DNA from: Blepharisma stoltei ATCC 30299
Lineage: Eukaryota > Protista > Ciliophora
Assembly (NCBI GenBank): GCA_965603825.1
Contig: CBFDEM010000047.1
Coordinates: forward strand, 186,001-250,000
DNA: 64,000 nt
Direction of reading: 5' to 3'
Within the stretch, counting starts at the first letter, position 1. Each line of letters begins with the position of its first letter. A model generated the notes under the pieces. That model worked only from the letters and a program-made list of their open reading frames with translations, searched no databases and was not told where the DNA came from. Made by a program: the position numbers and the translations under genes. Shown here piece after piece: positions 1 through 12,693 of this stretch.

Positions 1-1509
1 AATTTCATTTACTTGAATAAGTCCATCTTTGAACACTTCCTTAAGTCTTTCTCTTTTCAAGTTAAATTTTAGATCAAAACACTCATAATTTTTGAAGTCT
101 TTTAATGCATCTACGTTCTTTTTTAAAACTTGCTGGAATAAAGCATGAATTCTTTTATATTTTCCAGGCAAAAAATCACATATAAAATCAATTTTTGCTG
201 GCTTTTTAGAGCACTTGTAAATTAGATTTGATGCGATACAAATCCAGGTCTGAAAATCAATGGTCTTTTCAATGCCAAAATATTCAAATAAAATTTGCTG
301 CATAATCTGAGGCATTTTTTGAAAAAAATCATAAGAAGCAAGCAAATAACTAACAGCAATTGTATGCTGCTCATTTTCGCCATTTTTCCAATACGTATCT
401 TCCTTCATTGAAAATCCTTTCTTTTCGCTCGAAGAAACCATTACCAGGATTTTATATTCATTAGAAATTTTTTGATAATCTCTTATATTAAGCCCATATC
501 TTCTCAAAAAATTTTCTACCGCTTCAGGAGGCCCACTAAGCCTGCTTTGTCTTCTTTGGCGACTTGTTTGAGATTTTAATTGAATCTGATTTAATTTGTG
601 ACTAAAATTCTTTTTTTCCTCTTCTATTTCGTCTGACCCGCTGCTGAAATTTATTTCATCAATATTTTCCGAAACGATAGGGTTTGACTTTTTTATAGGC
701 GAAACACTTTTAGACCTTTTATACTCATTAAGTGGCATCAGCTCAAAGTTTGTATCTTCTACTTCAACTTTTCTGCAGGTTTCCATGAACTTTGCAGAAT
801 ATTTTTGGTTTCTTTCTTCAATGGCTTCAATTTTTGATTTATCGCTGGGCATGGAGAGCTTGTCACCTTTAAGCAGTCTTGAAAGGATTGGTATTGGGTA
901 ATCTCTGATTAGAGATTCAATACTTTCGTATTTGTGCTTATCTGCTATATATTTGTCTAATTTCATGCTTGGCTTTTCGCTGAGCTTTTGTGTGGGGAAG
1001 TTAGTTGAAGTTGAAACTGCAGTGCTTTTGCTTGATTTTCTCATCATAGCTGGCATTGAAGTTAAAAACAGCCCACATCCGACACCTTCTAAATTTTCAG
1101 ATTCTGAAACTACAAGGTCAGTCACATAGTCAGGGACTTGGGCAAATGATTTTATTCGTTTTCCAGTTATCAAATAAATATAATTAAGATTTTCAATACC
1201 AGTAATTTTTCTTGAAGCTTTTAGCAGGTTGCTAATTTTGCAACAAACTCCTTGAACACGTTCATTGGACTCATACTTTTTTGCAAACTCCTTTTTAGGG
1301 ATCGGAAGCATAAAATTAGATGGATCGTGGATATAGCCTTTGTCTGGAATTATTCGAATCATTCGAATATGATCAGGATGGCAACGAGGTAGATTAGACT
1401 TATGCTCAATTTTTGAGTAAGGTAAATACAGTGGATCGCCTTCAGGCTGGCTTTTTAAATAATTTTGATATTGAACTTCTTTACTTGTTTGTCTTCTATT
1501 TATTTTCAT
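1..1509 (-). CDS. Hypothetical protein, truncated by the window edge; possible doublecortin-like segment near the N-terminus
   Basis: ATG at 1509 (MKINRRQTSKEVQYQ...). The frame appears open to position 1 in the parts I translated, which would explain its absence from the ORF track. LLKASRKITGIENLNYIYLITGKRIKSF is weakly DCX-like. Confidence 0.7.
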   Translation of the reverse strand, partial: MKINRRQTSKEVQYQNYLKSQPEGDPLYLPYSKIEHKSNLPRCHPDHIRMIRIIPDKGYIHDPSNFMLPIPKKEFAKKYESNERVQGVCCKISNLLKASRKITGIENLNYIYLITGKRIKSFAQVPDYVTDLVVSESENLEGVGCGLFLTSMPAMMRKSSKSTAVSTSTNFPTQKLSEKPSMKLDKYIADKHKYESIESLIRDYPIPILSRLLKGDKLSMPSDKSKIEAIEERNQKYSAKFMETCRKVEVEDTNFELMPLNEYKRSKSVSPIKKSNPIVSENIDEINFSSGSDEIEEEKKNFSHKLNQIQLKSQTSRQRRQSRLSGPPEAVENFLRRYGLNIRDYQKISNEYKILVMVSSSEKKGFSMKEDTYWKNGENEQHTIAVSYLLASYDFFQKMPQIMQQILFEYFGIEKTIDFQTWICIASNLIYKCSKKPAKIDFICDFLPGKYKRIHALFQQVLKKNVDALKDFKNYECFDLKFNLKRERLKEVFKDGLIQVNEI

Positions 1510-1698
1510 GCTCAAAAAGATATTTTATCACTATATATGAGAAATCTTAATATAAAAACAAATACTGTTATAGTGCCACGTGCGATAAAGCAGAAAAATT
1601 GCTAATATTGTAATTAATAATCTTATTATGCATCAATTTCAGAATTAAAATCTTATGAGACATCAATTATTATAATTCTTGTACGAAAATTTCTTGTT

Positions 1699-2070
1699 TT
1701 AAATTTTAGCCATGCTTGTATAAAAATTTACAGCTGACTTCAGTGTCGGTCGCCTTGGTTTTGACTTTTTTATTACTTCATTGTACTCTTGTGCAGATGA
1801 GCAAGGATCACATGCCAAGTGGCAGCAAATATCCCCGAGCAAGCTCCCATCAATATCATAAAACTCCCTAATATGTTGTCTGTTTAATCCTGAACCTATA
1901 CAGCATAGAAAAATACTATAGGCAAATGCTTCATAGAAATGTTCATTATTTTGGGTAATTGAAACAGCTTTAGCTTGTATACACGCAGGACCACATGGGC
2001 AGCAAGATAAAAAGCATATTTTGTTGAAACTTTTACAGCACTCATATAAGCCTGTTTCGAACTCAGACAT
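1699..2070 (-). CDS. PLAC8-family cysteine-rich protein
   Basis: FETGLYECC...CFLSCCPCGP...RQHIREFYDIDGSLLGDICCHLACDPCSSAQEYNEV matches the PLAC8 pattern. Ends at TAA. An alternative ATG lies a few codons upstream. Confidence 0.85.
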   Translation of the reverse strand: MSEFETGLYECCKSFNKICFLSCCPCGPACIQAKAVSITQNNEHFYEAFAYSIFLCCIGSGLNRQHIREFYDIDGSLLGDICCHLACDPCSSAQEYNEVIKKSKPRRPTLKSAVNFYTSMAKI

Positions 2071-2257
2071 ATGCACTGCAATAATTAATTTATTAGACCT
2101 ATTTTTTATATAAAAATTATTCTATTCTCAAGGCTCAGTTACTTTTTACGATAAATATTTTCTCCTTGAAATATTATAATAATTTGCTAGTAAATATAAA
2201 ACCGCAAATTAATTTTTGATTAATTAATTCAACTCATTTAATCATCAAACTCTTATT

Positions 2258-2995
2258 ATGAAGAGATATGAAAATAAGGTCTGTGTTATCACTGCATCTG
2301 CAACGGGGATTGGCTTAGCTATTGCTAAAAGGATGGGACAAGAAGGCGGAAAAATCGTAATAAGCTCAAGAAACCAAAAACACATAGACGCAGCTGTTGA
2401 TGAATTAAGAAAAGAAGGCATCACCGCAGAAGGTGTTGTATGCCATGTAGGAAAAGACAGACAAAAACTCATTGACTTCGCAGTCGAAAAGTTCGGAGGC
2501 ATTGACGTTTTAGTCAATAACGCTGCAATAGCGACAGCTTTTGGCCCCACAATGGAGATGTCTGAGCAAGCTTATGATAGAATGTTTGATGTCAACGTAA
2601 AAGCAGGATTTTTCTTAATAAAAGCAGCTCTTCCTTGGCTTGTAAGAAGCAAAAGCGCCTCAATTTTGTTTGTGTCTAGCTATGGAGGATTCGCTCCTTC
2701 CCCAGTAATAGGGATTTACTGTGTCACAAAAACTGCATTGATAGGGATGACAAAAATGCTTGGGATAGAGCTTGCAGGTGCCGGGATCCGTGTCAATGCA
2801 ATTGCTCCTGGAGTAATAAAAACAAAATTCTCTGAGCCTATTTGGGAAACTGACGCTGTGACTAGAAATCCAATGGGAAGAATGGGAACTCCTGAAGAAT
2901 GCTCAAGCGTCGCTGCATTTTTGTGTAGTGAAGAAGCTTCATATGTGAATGGGGAGACCGTTGTTATTGCAGGAGGATTTCATGCCAGACTTTAA
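2258..2995 (+). CDS. DHRS4: Peroxisomal short-chain dehydrogenase/reductase, DHRS4-like
   Basis: TASATGIG nucleotide-binding motif, VCHVG, NNAA, catalytic YCVTK, and C-terminal PTS1-like ARL. Confidence 0.88.
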   Translation: MKRYENKVCVITASATGIGLAIAKRMGQEGGKIVISSRNQKHIDAAVDELRKEGITAEGVVCHVGKDRQKLIDFAVEKFGGIDVLVNNAAIATAFGPTMEMSEQAYDRMFDVNVKAGFFLIKAALPWLVRSKSASILFVSSYGGFAPSPVIGIYCVTKTALIGMTKMLGIELAGAGIRVNAIAPGVIKTKFSEPIWETDAVTRNPMGRMGTPEECSSVAAFLCSEEASYVNGETVVIAGGFHARL

Positions 2996-3086
2996 GATAA
3001 ACTCTTCATAATCAGATAAAAATGATTTTAAAAATAATAATAGAAAATACCTAAATCCTCAGTCCTATTAAGTCTTTATTATTTTA

Positions 3087-6000
3087 ATGGTGTCTTATTG
3101 GTTAGATCCTATCATTCACGAGACTCACGGGTTTTATTCAGATCCTGTTAAACTCCGTCTTCCTATGGTAGTATCTCAAATTCGCATTGCTAAACCCCAA
3201 AGCGCGATTTGGCAACTTGAATTCTTAGCAAAAGACCTCGAGAATCCGTCAGATGAGTTGGTTCACGTTGAAAAGCTGGAGCGAGTTGACGCAGCAGGGA
3301 CTGGTGACATCAATATTGAGCTTCCTAAGCCAATTTTGACAGATTATTTGGTAGTCAAAGGAGACTATAAAGCCATATCATTATGTTTGGAGACTTCAGA
3401 AGTCACAATAGATGAAGAAAGCTTAAGTTTAACACCTGTAAGGTTTATATAGACTGAAGCAGAAGTGGAGAAATTAATTGGTGCGCCTATGCAGTATCAT
3501 GGACTCTTTCAGTATTGGGTGGACTCTGAAGAAACTGGAGAGGTGCTCTCGATGAGGTATCCCATTGAAGAAGGGCCAAGTCAGCTCGCGCCTTTTGCCT
3601 TCTGGAAGCTTCCTTTTGCAGCTGAAGATCTTGGATCGTTAGTGGGGCAGATTGAAAGTACGGTGGGAAATCTCGCACAAGGACCGGAGGGACCTGCAAG
3701 CGTTTATTTGTCTTCCTTAGAAAAACTAGGACTACTAGTAGAGAATCTCTGTAGTTTTTATCATACTGGCCACGAATATGGATACTCTGGCTTAAAGAGT
3801 ACCATTGAGCGTATGCTGCCGCCTCAGATTGTCAACTTGGCACTTCGCGCCATATCAGGACAATCTTATGGCCTTTCCGAGGCAAAGGCTTCTCTTCGAC
3901 TTGTCACAGTTTTGATGAATTCTTCAAATTTTTCAGCCCAAATCTTAGAAGCTGGCGGTCTGCAGCATCTTCTTGTTTTGTTGACAAACCCTCACTGTTC
4001 ATCACCACTTCAAATAAAAACTATTGAAGCATTAAAAGCTTTAATCTCACACCCTCAGAATGCGACGAAATTTATTGAAGAAGATTTTATTTCATCTCTG
4101 GACCCTAAGATCATTAGCACTTATTTTTCAGTTAAAAAGGCAAAATCAAAAGAAGCTGTGAAAAAGCAAAAGACTGAAGACGAGGAAAGATTTAAAACAG
4201 GATATGACGTACTTGTGGGGATGAAAACGGAAAAAAAGTCATTGAAACTTTTAAATGCTAAAAAGTCGTTGCTAAGCAAATGTGCATTTTTTCAACAACT
4301 GAAGAAATTACAAAGCATAGTTTCAGATATAGAAAATTTAGATGGAAGTGGGGTTTTAGATGTGCTTGACTCAATCAGAAAAGATTTGAAATTGCATATG
4401 TTGAGATCTTCAACAAACTCTTTAACAACCTTAAAGCAAGACTTAAAGAATTTTTTGCTGCTGGATACATTAAATACTTTTGAAAATTTAAAATCAATCA
4501 CTCAGTTGACTTCTCAGCAAATATTGAGCAATGGATTAGTGCAATGGCTAACAAATACGAGCTTCTTGCAAAATTTGTTAAGGATTTTGCTCGATCAAAA
4601 GCTGCGATCAAACGCTGAGCTATTCCGTAGCATTTTTATCAGCATCTCTGATATTTTGCTTGTGATTATCAGAAGTCAAGGCGGAGTATGGTTTTTGACG
4701 TCTCAATTCTCAATAATTCAAGATTTTATCAAAGCCTTCAAAGAAGTTGAGATCCCAGACTGCACAGAAGAAGCTGAGCTTTCCCTTATAGAAGAAGAAT
4801 ATCTTTTAAGCGCAATTCAGCTTGAAAAGCTTCCAAGCTACTCCTCTCAGCTTTCCTTTATTTTAAGCTCAGTTTTATCAATCTCTAGATTTCTTCACGA
4901 AATCTTTTGCATTAACCCCAACTCCGGTCTCGCAAATCTCTATACCTTCCTAAATGGAGCTGACGAAAAATACACAGGCTACCCTTCGCAAATTTTTTAT
5001 ACCATAATAAGAGCACATCCAGAAATATTTTTATACCTCTTAGAATTAATAGATTTAGTAGACAGCTTTGGAATGATAAGGAGCTTCTATGTGCTAGAAA
5101 TAGCTGTGACACTGATGATTGAAGATAGAAGTGGTGAAGTTATGCTACAAGTGGGGACTGAGGCTGCTGAATTTTTGGAAAACTTGATGGAAACTGATGG
5201 TTTAGACGATATCAAAAAAATGCTGGACCTGCTTCGTGATTGGCTCAGGCCTCTCAAGAAATTCAAAGAAGTTTTCAGTGTAGAGAAGCTGATTGAGGAC
5301 CTAGCGAACTTTGGGGAGAAGCTGGACAAGATGGAAAATAATAGCGTTTATTTAGTTTTGCAAGAATCTAAAAATCCTGAATTAAAAATAGGAGCTTTAG
5401 GACTGATGACTGAAAAAGGGTCAGAGATTATTCAGCTCATCCAGTTGTTGAGGATTCTTAATATTGTGATCAGCGTCAAGAAATGGAGCTCAATACAGAT
5501 GATTTCAGGCAATTTATTGACAATTATAGCAAATTTGATTGGAAAAGTCAATAACGTGATTCATGCGCTCTTTGTGGACACCACAAATCCACAGGTCTTT
5601 TTTACGCTAAACAAAAGCCAAATTATGAAGGAACATTTAGAGCTGCTGGTGCCAAGCTTAAATATTATAAATATCATTATAGAGCAGCTATTAGCAACAA
5701 AACTGTCAAGCTACAATAATTCAAGACTTCTAGAACATCTAGTCCATTTGGCTGCACTATGTGACCTGGTTCTTGATAAAGGCAACGATTTGACTGTGCA
5801 AAAAGTCATCAGAATCATAAAAACTTCTTTTATCCTGTGGGCTCAGCTGCCAAGCTTCCTTGACATTTATTTAGGAGTCATGTTTGAGCATGCTTTTCAA
5901 TATCCTTTTAAGTCTGGTGCTGTCTTATCCTTAATAAGTGGCTTATTTGAGCATTTTATTTCTTATAAAGACCCAGCGTTTATACACAAGTGTATAGAGT

Positions 6001-7739
6001 GGCTCTGCAAGACCCCAGCAGCACTGTTTGACCCTGAAGTCCTCTATTACTATATGATGCAAGCTAAAAATATGGAAGGCGAGTTCAAAATGATGAATAT
6101 TTTTAAAATGTCCTATGAAGCCATCAAAGAAAAAAGTGGCAGCAAATATGAGCCACGACAAACGTGGGATTTTAAGAAAAAAATGAGCTTGCTGTTAGAC
6201 AGAGATGGCTGTGTCCTTGACAAGCTGCTTAAAGCCTTTTTAAGAAGCAACAGAATTGAAGTCCACAGTGCATTAGTCCGACTTTTAAGATGTGCAGTCG
6301 CCACAAACCATTTAGAAGCCTCAATGAAGATTGTAACAGCTTGCAAAATTATGCTACAAGGCTCAGCTAATATCCAAGGAAAAGCGTTATATACAATTCT
6401 AGCTCTTTCAGAAGTGGCTTGTGCTAAATCACTATTTATCCACGAAGACCTCCCAGAAATTTTGCTTCCGTTTTTGTCTGACCCTAACCTAGCAGTCCCA
6501 GCACTAAAAGTTTTCAGGAATTTATTTGATTCCAGTATATGTATGAACGAAAAAGACGAAAAACAAATGCTAGTAGAAGATATACCCACAATAAGCCAAA
6601 CCCAAAGCTTTTTGCTGGAGACAAGAAAACTGCTTGTTTTTTATATCCCAGGGCTTCCTGAAGCAGGAATGGTTGAAGAGGAAGAAGACGATCTCTATGG
6701 AGAATTTGTGAAAGCTAAAAAAACAGAAGAAGGCTGCTCATGGGAACTGACGCTACTTGTATTGAGAGTTTTAAAAGAAATCAGCGCCCATTCAGTTGGG
6801 AAATCATTACTGCTGTGTGGGCAGTACCCATTTAAAGAAGATTTACAAGGGCCATTAGATTTTGAAGAAACTCTAAATAGGATTTCAATTGGTTTTAATA
6901 TGCCAGACTGGCAGAATAAAATGCTGACCCTTTTAGAAGTTTTGACAAATATTCTTAAAGATATAGGAATCACACTCGTTTCTCAAGTCGCCTTAAACCA
7001 GACAATTCAGACTCTCCAAACTTTAAGTAACCCTCGGGCTATGAAGCTCTTACAAACCCTAAAATTAGCCCCAATCAAGGTAGAAGTCTCCACTATTGAG
7101 CTGCCCTACCCAAAAGATCTTAATGAAAGATTCCCAGAACAAAAGCCAGATTTCGAAAAAATAAAAGAATTCAAAAAAGCAGTCCGCAAAGGCCACCAAA
7201 ATCAGCTAATCACTAGTAAAAGGGTAGGTGACCGCATCCAAGTCAAAACTTTTCAGAGTCTGACTGATTTATTGCCGCCTCCTTATAAAGCATTATTTAA
7301 ATGCAAAACCAAAACATCAGGCAAAGAATGGAACGTACTAAGTGAAGAAAGCCAAGAATTTGTCCCAGAACTGACTATGGAGTATCAGAAAAAAGCTGAA
7401 GATAAGCATAGTTCAGCACAACCATCAAGAGAGCCAATTCCTGTAATTCCGCCTGTGGTGGCTGATGTAGTCCCAGCTAAATCAATAGTAACCCAGCCTG
7501 TATCAGCACCAGCACCTGTACCACAGTCTGTAGTACCGCCTCAAAGTGCCCCAAGACCGACTGTATCAAGCCCAACTTCTATGTTTACAGATGTGGAAAA
7601 GAATGCTTTTAGCGACCTAATGCAACTTCTAGAGAAAAAAGATAGAAGCCATGACCCAAGATTGCAGTTGAAGATTGAACAAATATTGAATGAGTTTCCA
7701 AACTTATGCAGCTACATAAAAAATAAAACAGGAAACTAG
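3087..7739 (+). CDS. Virilizer/VIRMA-like protein (~1545 aa, two exons)
   Basis: ORFs 3087..3452 and 3465..7739 share a frame and are joined by the 15-nt intron at 3438-3452. The N-terminus (DPIIHETHGFYSDPVKLRLPMVVSQIRI...ILTDYLVVKGDYKAISLCL) resembles VIR_N and is followed by a long helical, ARM-like body. Confidence 0.65.
3438..3452 (+). other. 15-nt spliceosomal intron
   Basis: GTAAGGTTTATATAG. Removal deletes the in-frame TAG and fuses two same-frame ORFs. Confidence 0.9.
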
Positions 7740-7949
7740 TAAATTTATCTAGATTTGTATAGCTATAGTGCTTTCTAAGATTATAAGCTAAAATTAGTTC
7801 TAATTATAAAAATTGGGCAAAATGGATTTGGAAAAGAGGTAATATTTATAATTTTGAAATTAATTAATAATAAAAATAAATGGAAACCAAAATATAAGCA
7901 TATTATGGGGGTATATAATGATCTGATTGAGAAGAATAAAAATAATTTA

Positions 7950-9218
7950 TTAAGCTTTATCAAGATCCATTGCAGTTGCCGCAGTGTCCATTTTAAAATT
8001 CAAAGGTGACATAAACGAATTCGCCATCATCCAAATATGCAGCGCTGAATCTTCGTCTACCGACGCGAGCATCAAATGATCATTCATGTTCCACGAGAAA
8101 TCAGATACATTTGCACAATGCCCTCCATGAATAAACACCAGCTCTGGCGGTCCTTCTCTCTTAGCCTCTTCTGTCTGCTCATCTCCAATTTTTGATAAAT
8201 CCCACAAACACACTTTTCTATCGTTTCCAGAGCTTCCAATCATAGTCCCTGAAAATGGTGCCCACCTTACATTGAAAACTTCATCAGTATGGTATTCCAA
8301 TGCATATAATTTAATGGTCATATTTCTGATATCCCATATAGCGACTGTGTTATCTTTGCTTGCGGTTGCTAATAAATTTTCCTCAAATTTATTGAAATCG
8401 ATAGCATTTATTTCACGATTATGGCCTTCTATTATGTGGGTAGGATTTTCATGACGGATATCCCAGAGCATAATTTTTTTATCGTCACTTACAGAGCCTA
8501 AGATGTTGGGGGAAAATTCGCTTCATGAGACGTCAGCTACGATCTCACTGTGTGAAGAAAAAGTTCGGAGAGGCTGAATTGTATTGTTGCCTTCTGTCCC
8601 AGCTGAGATGTCTCATATACAAATTAAGTGGTCATCTGAGCCACTAGCTAGGAGCCCAGATTGGATTGAATTCCAGGCAAGGCCAAAGCCTTCTTTTTGA
8701 TGTCCTTTCAAAATCAATTGAGGTCCTTGTGTTGATCGATTAGGATGTTTAGTATAATCATAGACATAGACGTTCCCAGAAGGGCTTTTCGTTGCTATGA
8801 TATCGTCTCTTTTAGGCATTACCCTTGCTTTATTTACTTCTCCATCGTGATTTATCCTTATAAGAGGATCTACTTTATTTTCTACTTTTGACAGACTATT
8901 CCCGCCAATTTCCCTTGTGTTATCAATTCGCGGACGATTACTAATAGTTGTATCGTCTAAAGGTAATTTAACATTAGCAATAATTAGCTGGTCAGGCTCT
9001 GATCCTAGAGTATGAGTTCCTATTACGATTCTTTGTATTGAGTAATCAGCTGTATTTCTGCATTCTTTTGTGGGAAGCCAATCTACTGTAAGAGATGGGT
9101 GATCTAAGTCATGGGTTATTAAAGTTTCGTATAAATAAGGAGAATTTCTCTTCCAGGTGTTATATTCTGCGGCTAGTTTGGGGTCTACTATTTCTTCAGC
9201 TGTTTCTTCTTGTAGCAT
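7950..9218 (-). CDS. RBBP4: Histone-binding WD40 protein RBBP4/MSI1/CAF1-p55
   Basis: EYNTWKRNSPYLYE, PSLTVDWLP, INHDGEVNKAR, GPPELVFIHGGH..VSDFSWN. One ORF once TGA 8613-8615 (ICI-W-D) and 8523-8525 (DVS-W) are read as Trp. Confidence 0.93.
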
Positions 9219-9470
9219 ATTAATTAATCTTACAATTATTATGGCTGTTAGAGAAATACCTAGAAAGTTGTTGAGAAATAGCTTAAAATTAAAATTTAAT
9301 CAAAAATTTTACATAAACATATAATATGTGTAAGTCTGAATAAATATAAAAAAAAATATCTGCTCGTTAAATACTGCCAATAAACTCAACTATTAAAAAA
9401 TCAGCATTAGTTTCAAAATATTACAGCTTTATTATTTAAATATATTAATTATTTTACATTGGATATAAAT

Positions 9471-10460
9471 ATGTACCCAAACAGAAATATTGGGTTTTAC
9501 CCTGGCAGAGATACAGTGATAAATCGAAACTCTTATGACCCAGACCCATCTCCAAACCATCTATCCCAAATCCCTGATTATTATAATTCTAATGTCTATG
9601 CTTCAGTCCCTCAATATCAAGCTCAACCTCAATACATGTACGACCCAAACCAATACTTAGCCAATGCTCCTACATTTTACCCCGGCTCATTTGAATACCC
9701 TCAGCGCGACTTTCCTTCACTTGTGCAGGCCAAGCCTCAAGTTTACCAAGCCAAAGAATATTTTCCACCCGGCCTTTCCCAACCCTTGCCGCCTAATGCC
9801 TATGGCATTCCCCCTGGGAATTTCGAAGAGAAGCCTCGGACATCGCTTAAAGCTCCTAATCCAAATGCTCAAAGTTTTATTCCTAGTAACTTATTCCCAT
9901 CTCCTTCTCCATCACCTCCTCCACCTCCTTCTCCTCCTCCAATCCCTAACAAAGATGAAGAAGAACTGTTAATTTATGGAGTCCGTGGGATTTCTGCAAT
10001 GCAAAAAAACTTTGATAATGATATAGCTTTATTAAGCAGGGGAAGAGATCTTACCAAGCTTGGGCTTAATGTAAAAGGCAATGAAAATCTTGCATCTACT
10101 TTACTCAGCGTCATGCAGGAAGGAGAGCTTGAAGCCTCAGAACAAGTGGAATTTGTACTGCCGTCGTGCTACCTTATAAATAAGCCTCTGCTGAAAATGA
10201 AGACTTTGGGGTTATTAAGCAGTTGCAGCTTATTTTATATGTTCTATAACATGCCTGGAGAAATCATGCAAGCTTTGGCAGCGGAAGAGCTGTATAAGAG
10301 GGACTGGGTTTATGCGCCAACTAGACAAGTTTGATATTTAATGACTCCGGGAGACTGTAAAATGTTTGATACTATGAACTGGGAAGTTGTCGCAGCAAAC
10401 CGTCCAAATGTCACTTTTCTCACAAAAGATGAGGTAAAAGTCAAACGTCCGATATCTTAA
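9471..10460 (+). CDS. NOT2: CCR4-NOT subunit NOT2-like (NOT box)
   Basis: GRDLTKLGLN, F.LPSCY, LFYMFYNMPGEIMQALAAEELYKRDW. Reads through TGA 10332 (QV-W-YL) to TAA at 10458-10460. Confidence 0.85.
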
Positions 10461-10529
10461 TGTAACTAATTAATAGAATTTATTAAAATATTTGTACAAA
10501 AATTAGCTTTATCAAAATCAAGCTGATTT

Positions 10530-11135
10530 TTAAGTTTTTTCTAATGTGGCTTTCAGTCCTATCAGATTTCGAACAAACTTGTGTATGATTTTCGAATTCA
10601 AAGCAGAAAGATTGACACCTTTAGGGTCAAAATGGCAAAGCAAAGTTAAACATGACTCTTTTTCATTTATCTGGTTTATCACAAAATAAAAAAAGTGACA
10701 TCAGGCTTTGACTTTGTAAAACAAACACGAGCAGTCATACTCGACACTTGTAAAAAGCACAGTTTTATACCCGTTAATTTCAAATTTTTTGCTGGCTAGT
10801 ATGAACTCTCGTCCTCTAATAAACCCAATATGTTTTGTAGCTAAATAGATTACTTTAACATTATTTTGCAGTTCCACCAAAAGCTTCGATTTTTTATAAA
10901 GCTTGTGTCAGTGTTTTCAGTTCTGGATATCATAAATATAGTCTTGGATTTCTGTTGACGACCTATTAATCATAATCTCAGCAATAATTATATTTTTCCC
11001 ATTTCCATGTGGCTTCTTATAGACAGCAAGGACATCTTCAAATCGATAAGGCATCCACGAGTTTCTATTCACAAAGTGTCTCATAGCTGAGCCATAAGCT
11101 GCATCTAGCGCTGCCTCAAAATCATAGCCGAGCAT
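10530..11135 (-). CDS. START-domain lipid-binding protein
   Basis: Reads through TGA(Trp) codons: IYDIQNWKHWHKLY...IRGREFIL...LCHFDPKG. Ends at TAA 10530-10532. Confidence 0.72.
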
Positions 11136-11230
11136 GGGCTTTTAAAGAAATGCTTTATAATTTCTAATATTTTTTCAAAAATTAAATGAAAATCCTTCAC
11201 CTATGGGAAAATAATAATTACACTTTATAA

Positions 11231-11818
11231 ATGGATAGAGACATACAAGTACAGCATTATTACTGTCACGCCTGCAAAGTGACCTCTTCTATTAATTCTG
11301 AACAATTACTATGCCCGAGATGTGGAAGCGATTTTCTACAAATAGCCCAAGTAGAGGATTTACGAGAAAATTTCAGAGTCGGCCCGAATCCTTTTATTTT
11401 TGCAATAAATCGACAAAATGATGAGGAGTATGAAGAAGAAAACCCTGATGAGAACAGAAGGCAAGTGGGAATTCCGAATGCTTTGTTTGGGAGAATTGTG
11501 CAGAATTTGTCTGAAGAGCAGAATGATATGAGGAGAAGGGATGCGAGCAGAAGAGCGTTCTTGCAGGTTTTGTTGGAGCTGCTAGGGGATAATTTTAACC
11601 AAAGACGAGAAGTTTCGCAAGAAGGCATCGAGAGTCTGACTGTTGTGGATATAGATAGTGAGATTGCGGAAAAAGAATGCATGATATGCACGGAACATTT
11701 TAAAGAAGAAGAGCAGGCTACGAAACTCCCTTGTGATCATTTATTTCATTCAGGTTGTGTGGTGCCTTGGCTGCAAATGAAAAATTCGTGCCCAGTCTGC
11801 AAGAGGAGAGTTGAGTAA
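11231..11818 (+). CDS. RING-H2 E3 ligase, RNF115/RNF126-like
   Basis: N-terminal zinc ribbon YYCHAC...CPRCGSDF and C-terminal CMIC...LPCDHLFHSGCVVPWLQMKNSCPVCK. Confidence 0.9.
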   Translation: MDRDIQVQHYYCHACKVTSSINSEQLLCPRCGSDFLQIAQVEDLRENFRVGPNPFIFAINRQNDEEYEEENPDENRRQVGIPNALFGRIVQNLSEEQNDMRRRDASRRAFLQVLLELLGDNFNQRREVSQEGIESLTVVDIDSEIAEKECMICTEHFKEEEQATKLPCDHLFHSGCVVPWLQMKNSCPVCKRRVE

Positions 11819-12007
11819 ACCATTTTGGTGATGAAAAAATAATTAGTGTTTTAGTAAAATGAATAGATATGAGAAAAATAGAGATTTGCCTGTGAGAAGC
11901 AAAATATTATATTAATTGGCTCTGCTAGTATAATTTTTTGGTTTATTAAGAAAAAAGAATTAATTTAAGGTAAAAATAACTATTGGACTATTAATAAAAG
12001 GAAAAAG

Positions 12008-12661
12008 ATGTTTTGGATAGTTTCTTTCGTCTTAGTATTCATGTATTACATTGCACTGAGTGAGAAACTTAAAAGGAAGCCAGTAGATAGAAGAAAGACG
12101 TTCTACGCCAGAGGAAAATGCTATATTTGTGAGGAAAAGTGAAAAAATGAAGTACTGGCTTCATGCGGGCATAAGTTTTGTGGTAAATTATAATCAGAAT
12201 CATGTGCAGTAGACTCTTGGGATGAAAAAATCCAACTATCCTGTCCCCAATGTTTGAGCCCTGTTTACACTATTTTGCCAAAACAAACAAAGGGCAAAAT
12301 TCCCCTATCTCAAAAAGTAGCTAAATATAACACAAGCTATGATCGTGATTTAATCCAAGAATTCTATGAATTTCAAACAATATTTGAATATTTTCTCATG
12401 ACTTTTAGCACCCAAAGCTTAAAAGAAAATTTTTCAATATGAATGATATCATTAATTGGGGTGCTTTATATGATGCTTCCAACTGATCTTATAGACGAAG
12501 AAGGCTGGGGTCTTATTGGTACAATTGATGACGTCCTTATAACTTTTATAGGAATTTTCATAGCTTCACATCTCTACTATAACAAATTAAAAGAATTGTG
12601 TAAACAAACATTAAAGGCCCAGCCTGGAAAATCAGCAATAAAAAACAAAAAGACTAATTAA
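12008..12661 (+). CDS. RNF170-like membrane RING-HC ligase
   Basis: N-terminal TM, CYIC..(TGA=W)..CGHKFC|intron|ESC...CPQC, and C-terminal LYMMLPTDLIDEEGWGLIGTIDD (DUF1232-like). Confidence 0.8.
12183..12197 (+). other. 15-nt intron
   Basis: GTAAATTATAATCAG. Removal restores the RING motif GHKFCESC and removes an in-frame TAA. Confidence 0.9.
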
Positions 12662-12693
12662 TGCACAGGTTTTCATAATTTATTACAAATAAA

